Shown piece after piece: positions 8,261 to 11,592 of a DNA stretch of 11,592 nt (its first letter is position 1; each line of letters starts with the position of its first letter). Origin of the DNA: Candidatus Latescibacterota bacterium (GTDB lineage Bacteria; Latescibacterota; UBA2968); the NCBI GenBank assembly GCA_038279365.1, contig JAYODI010000126.1:1-11592 (forward strand), in the 5' to 3' direction. A program made the position numbers and the translations under genes. The notes beneath the pieces are model-generated. The model was not told the origin of the DNA, searched no databases, and saw only the letters and a program-made list of their open reading frames with translations.

Positions 8261-8303
8261 TGGGGCATGCATATGGCGAGTTCAACTTGAGATTGGATCT
8301 GAA

Positions 8304-9307
8304 ATGCGATTTTTGAGTGTTGTTTTATTGATGTTGTTGGTTGGGGTGGTTCCTGCACTGGCTGAGGGGCCGTTGTTTGAGGTGTCGGTTAATAAGTTTT
8401 TGATGGGTACTCGGGTGGAGACTACGGCACGTCATACAGATATTGTGGCGTGTAAAAAAGCATTGGTGATGGCGATCAGGAGATGGCGCGGGTTGAGTCG
8501 GTTTTGAGTGCTCACAATGCAAATAGCGAGGTATCAAAGATTAACCAAGCGGCAGGTGTGCATCCTGTGGTTGTGTCGGATGAGACGTTTGAAATTGTGA
8601 AGCGTGCCAAGGCATATAGCCAGCGGTTAGATGGTTTGTTTGATGTGTCAATTGGGCCTGTGAGTATGTTGTGGGGGTTTAGTGGTGAAGGTGAGGTGGT
8701 GTTGCCCGACTCAAAGGTATTGGATCAACAGCGTTTTTTGGTTGATTATCAGACGGTTGTTTTGGACTCTGCAAAGACGACGGTTTATTTGACACATCGT
8801 AGTGGGATGATTGATTTGGGTGCGATTGCGAAGGGGTATGCGATTGATCGGGGTGTGGCGGTGCTGAAAGATCAGGGCATTCGGCACTTTTTGCTTAATG
8901 CTGGGGGCGATATTTATGTGTCGGGGCAAAAGGATGAACATACGGAATGGCGTGTGGGGGTGAAGCATCCGCGCAAGTTGCAAGACTTGATTGCGCGGTT
9001 TCATTTGAAAGATTATGCGGTGGCGACCAGTGGCGACTATGAGCGGTTTAAGATGATTGATGGAAAGCGGTATCATCATATTCTTGATCCGCGAACAGGC
9101 TATCCTGGCATGTTGTCTCAAAGTGCAACGGTATTGGCACCCACTGCAGAAGCGGCTGATGTGTTGGCGACGTATTTGTTTTTGGTGGGGGCAGATGAGG
9201 CGATGAAAAAGGTTGTGGATATCCCGTTTTTGATTGTGAATACCGATGGGGTCGCACGGTATAATGAAGCGTTTTCAAAACGTGTGGATGTGGAGATGAT
9301 GGAGTAG
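8304..9307 (+). pseudogene. apbE: FAD:protein FMN transferase ApbE, split by a 1-nt frameshift near 8475
   Basis: The 8304 frame gives a signal peptide and the LMGT motif. The 8483 frame gives SE...IN, FDVSIGP...LWGF, IDLGAIAKGYAID, NAGGD, VATSGDYER, YHHILDPRTG and ADVLAT. One extra base joins the two frames. Confidence 0.9.
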
Positions 9308-9338
9308 ATGTGTTGCAACTTCACTCGGTGTAATTGTA

Positions 9339-9375
9339 AAGTCGGCAAGCCTATTCGGTTTGCCGACTTATTTTT
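9339..9375 (+). terminator. Intrinsic terminator after apbE
   Basis: AAGTCGGCAAGCC-tattc-GGTTTGCCGACTT-ATTTTT: 13-bp stem with one G-U pair. Confidence 0.85.
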
Positions 9376-9456
9376 GTAGACGTCATGTTGATCTCGGACT
9401 TTGATCAATTTATCCAATGAAAAAGGGTATAGTATATTTTATGGTGATTAACGTTG

Positions 9457-9691
9457 GTGATCATTAATTGGTTGTGGGTGTCAGATTTGACAACAATAAA
9501 AAAAGGCAAACCTATCAGGCTTACCTTTTTTGCTCTGCCGCCACAGGCGCGGTTTCAATTCTTTTCCCGCGTCAACGCGTTAACAAAGTACCCCATAAAC
9601 CGATCGGCATCTCCAGACACGCACAATTTGGTGATCCAAAAACCTAAGCAGTTGATAAACATATATCACACCCACAATTCTAATGATACAC
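9457..9691. repeat. Imperfect inverted repeat pair (9457-9481 / 9668-9691)
   Basis: ATCATTA (9460-66) pairs with TAATGAT (9681-87), and TTGTGGGTGT (9472-81) pairs with ACACCCACAA (9668-77); the blocks are separated by 5 nt on the left and 3 nt on the right. Confidence 0.6.
9498..9531 (-). terminator. Intrinsic terminator for - strand transcription
   Basis: The - strand reads AAAAAAGGTAAGCCT-gat-AGGTTTGCCTTTTTTT. It pairs fully with two G-U pairs on the - strand, but these are A-C mismatches on the + strand. Confidence 0.75.
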
Positions 9692-9702
9692 TTTGAATGT
9701 GG

Positions 9703-10572
9703 CTAATCAAGCGCTCCGTGTTCTTTGGCTGTTTTTATCCAGTGTTTGGACAGTTCGGCAGGGTTTGCGCCCAGACCACGACCGAGGTGCAGGGCCAATC
9801 CCATCATGAGTGTTGATGCGTTGGAAAAATCGATAAGGTTGTCGAGTGTGCCAAATGATTCTTGCGCTTTTGTCATGAGCAGATCGGAATGCAGGTGAGA
9901 AAAAGCGATGGGATCGTTTAGGCTATCCGTCAACTCTGGGAGCATGAGCAGGTCGATCCATTCGGGGCCCAGCCGTTTGGTTAATTGCTCGGGTTCTTCT
10001 TTACCCATTTCTCGCCAGAGACGCAATGTTTGTCGGTCTCCTGATTCGGAGAGACCACTTTCGAGTAAAAGTGCAAATGCGCTATCGGCTAAATTTTGCA
10101 TCAGTTCGAGGTATTCGTCTTGTGCCACTTCGAAGGGCTTTGTGTTTTGTCCTTCAATGTAGGTGGCGACGCTTAATTGGGGTAACTCTAAGACTTCGGG
10201 GCATCCGTCCATACACGGAAAGTCATTTCCTTGGTAGATGTAGTATAATTCCTCAGCTTGTCTTTGGCGGCCCAGAGGATATAACCGACAGGCCAATGGG
10301 CGACCCTCGTGTACGCTGCATCCAAAATCGGGTACATATTGACTACATGCAGGTTGTTGTTTCCAGTCGGGTGCCCCATCAAAGCGCAAATGGATGCCAC
10401 CAAAGTCGCAGTATTGATCTCGAAATGCTCTTGGCGTTAGGTCTTTGGCTTTGGCCAAACAGGCCAGTTCATAGGGATTTAGCCTGACTCTTTTGCCATG
10501 ACAGCAGGTGCCAGAGCGGGTGCAGGTTAGTGGCAAATGATCCGTAAGGGCGAGTTTGGTTGTGGCCGACAT
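9703..10572 (-). CDS. YkgJ family Cys-cluster (CxxCxxCC, putative Zn/Fe-chelating) protein with helical C-terminal extension
   Basis: CTRSGTCC, L.PYE...LA, ACSQY....GCSVHEGRPLACRLYP, CMDGC. Confidence 0.85.
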   Translation of the reverse strand: MSATTKLALTDHLPLTCTRSGTCCHGKRVRLNPYELACLAKAKDLTPRAFRDQYCDFGGIHLRFDGAPDWKQQPACSQYVPDFGCSVHEGRPLACRLYPLGRQRQAEELYYIYQGNDFPCMDGCPEVLELPQLSVATYIEGQNTKPFEVAQDEYLELMQNLADSAFALLLESGLSESGDRQTLRLWREMGKEEPEQLTKRLGPEWIDLLMLPELTDSLNDPIAFSHLHSDLLMTKAQESFGTLDNLIDFSNASTLMMGLALHLGRGLGANPAELSKHWIKTAKEHGALD

Positions 10573-10637
10573 GGAGGGGGTTCCTTTTGTGCTCTATTTG
10601 TTCAAATTTGAGTCGTTTCAAAGGCGATGTTTTACAA

Positions 10638-11084
10638 TTATTGTTGCATGTTTTGAATGAGTTGATCGAGGCGTTGAAGGAAGTGGGAGCGGTCTTGTTT
10701 GGAGAAGGGTTTGGGGCCACCGGTCATGATGCCCATGTCGCGGAGTTGTTCGCGGAGGTTGCGGTTGGATAGGGCTTCACCAATGTCATTTTCGGTATAA
10801 TAGCGCCCGCGTGGACTGATCACACGGGCATTTTTTTCGAGGCATCTGCCTGCCAAGGGGATGTCTGCGGTGACGACAATGTCGTGTTCGGTGGCTTGTT
10901 CGGCAATCCAATCGTCGGCAGCATCGGGGTGGTCGTTGACCACGATTTGTTCGAGCCACGGTTCGCTGGGAATGCGCATCCACATGTTGGAGATGAGGAT
11001 GACGTTGAGTTGGTATCGTTTGGCAACCCGATAGGTTTCGTCTTTGACGGGGCAGGCATCTGCGTCGATGAGGATGCGGATCAT
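10638..11084 (-). CDS. yaiI: YaiI/YqxD family protein (UPF0178, PIN-like)
   Basis: [48 protein letters not shown] 11084 overlaps the upstream TGA (ATGA). Confidence 0.92.
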   Translation of the reverse strand: MIRILIDADACPVKDETYRVAKRYQLNVILISNMWMRIPSEPWLEQIVVNDHPDAADDWIAEQATEHDIVVTADIPLAGRCLEKNARVISPRGRYYTENDIGEALSNRNLREQLRDMGIMTGGPKPFSKQDRSHFLQRLDQLIQNMQQ

Positions 11085-11524
11085 GAAAACAACCCGTCGC
11101 AACATTTTTTATATTTTTTGCCACTGCCACAGGGGCAAGGGTCGTTGCGACCAACTTTGGGGAGGGTTTTGCGAACGGTTTCACCTTTCATGGTGCCGTC
11201 GGTGCGGAAGCTTTCGAGGTATTTGGGTTCGAGATATTCAATTTGCATGGACCACGCCGAGGTTTTTGGGAAGCCTCCCACACTGTCTAAGTATTCGAAA
11301 TAGGTTTGAAGCAGTTTGGGAAAAGATTGACGGGCTTGGATAGGGAGGTCGAGTTGACCAACGGCTTTGAGGGCGTTTTCGATGTCGTCGGGTTCGGGAT
11401 CATTGGTGGCTTGTTCACACCAATAGGATAAGAGAGATTCGGCGTGTTCTTTGAGGTCGCTGTCTAAGAAGAGATAGTGCTCGGAGTGGGTGTAGTCTGA
11501 TACGGCGTCTTGGAGGGTTGGCAT
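11081..11524 (-). CDS. SEC-C metal-binding motif protein with small helical N-terminal domain
   Basis: C-terminal [27 protein letters not shown] 7 nt upstream of ATG 11524. Far too short to be SecA. Confidence 0.85.
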   Translation of the reverse strand: MPTLQDAVSDYTHSEHYLFLDSDLKEHAESLLSYWCEQATNDPEPDDIENALKAVGQLDLPIQARQSFPKLLQTYFEYLDSVGGFPKTSAWSMQIEYLEPKYLESFRTDGTMKGETVRKTLPKVGRNDPCPCGSGKKYKKCCDGLFS

Positions 11525-11592
11525 GGTGGGTCCTTTTAAAACAGCTCTTTTAATTGATTTTTTGTTGGTTTGCCTTCGGCGACTTACTTTTT

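Noticed and set aside
8453..8460. AAAAAAG as a programmed -1 frameshift site for apbE
   Set aside because: In the upstream frame it is phased T_AAA_AAA_G rather than A_AAA_AAG. Shifting here gives KKSIGDGDQEM, which breaks the expected amphipathic helix. A deletion near 8475 fits better.
9505..9525. GGCAAACC as a c-di-GMP-I riboswitch
   Set aside because: No GAAA tetraloop or downstream GGGACGCAAAGC-like segment; the sequence is explained as a terminator hairpin.
9454..9696. 80-aa + strand ORF spanning the inverted-repeat segment
   Set aside because: Non-ATG start, no clear SD, runs through a terminator hairpin, and has no recognisable protein features.
11081..11524. secA
   Set aside because: Only the SEC-C tail is shared; the protein is 147 aa with no helicase-like motor domains.
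11560..11592. CGCCGAAGGCAAA on the - strand as a glycine riboswitch
   Set aside because: The downstream CTCTCAGG element is absent and the upstream part is outside the window.

Overview
Bacterial chromosomal window with a strong G+T skew on the + strand. The protein styles (a HNGAVALA..IDGDLSDW sensor N-terminus, a dockerin-like DFNGD..F.DF..F...FG repeat) resemble Latescibacterota/Poribacteria-type genomes; this is inference only. On the - strand are a secreted sugar-binding/propeller sensor-like gene interrupted by an in-frame TAA, a HAD phosphatase, and a dockerin-bearing sulfatase. On the + strand are an uncharacterised toroid/lyase-like protein and a creatininase-family gene. They are followed by an apparent extracytosolic flavinylation module: a 5'-truncated DUF3570-like beta-barrel, a Tat-exported NusG-domain-II protein, an intervening GNAT, and an apbE split by a 1-nt frameshift. 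Next is an intergenic region with two related terminators and an inverted-repeat-bounded segment of about 230 bp with reversed skew. The window ends with a - strand SEC-C / YaiI / YkgJ run. No rRNA, tRNA, CRISPR array or transposase was seen. All family calls come from motif recognition by eye, not database searches.
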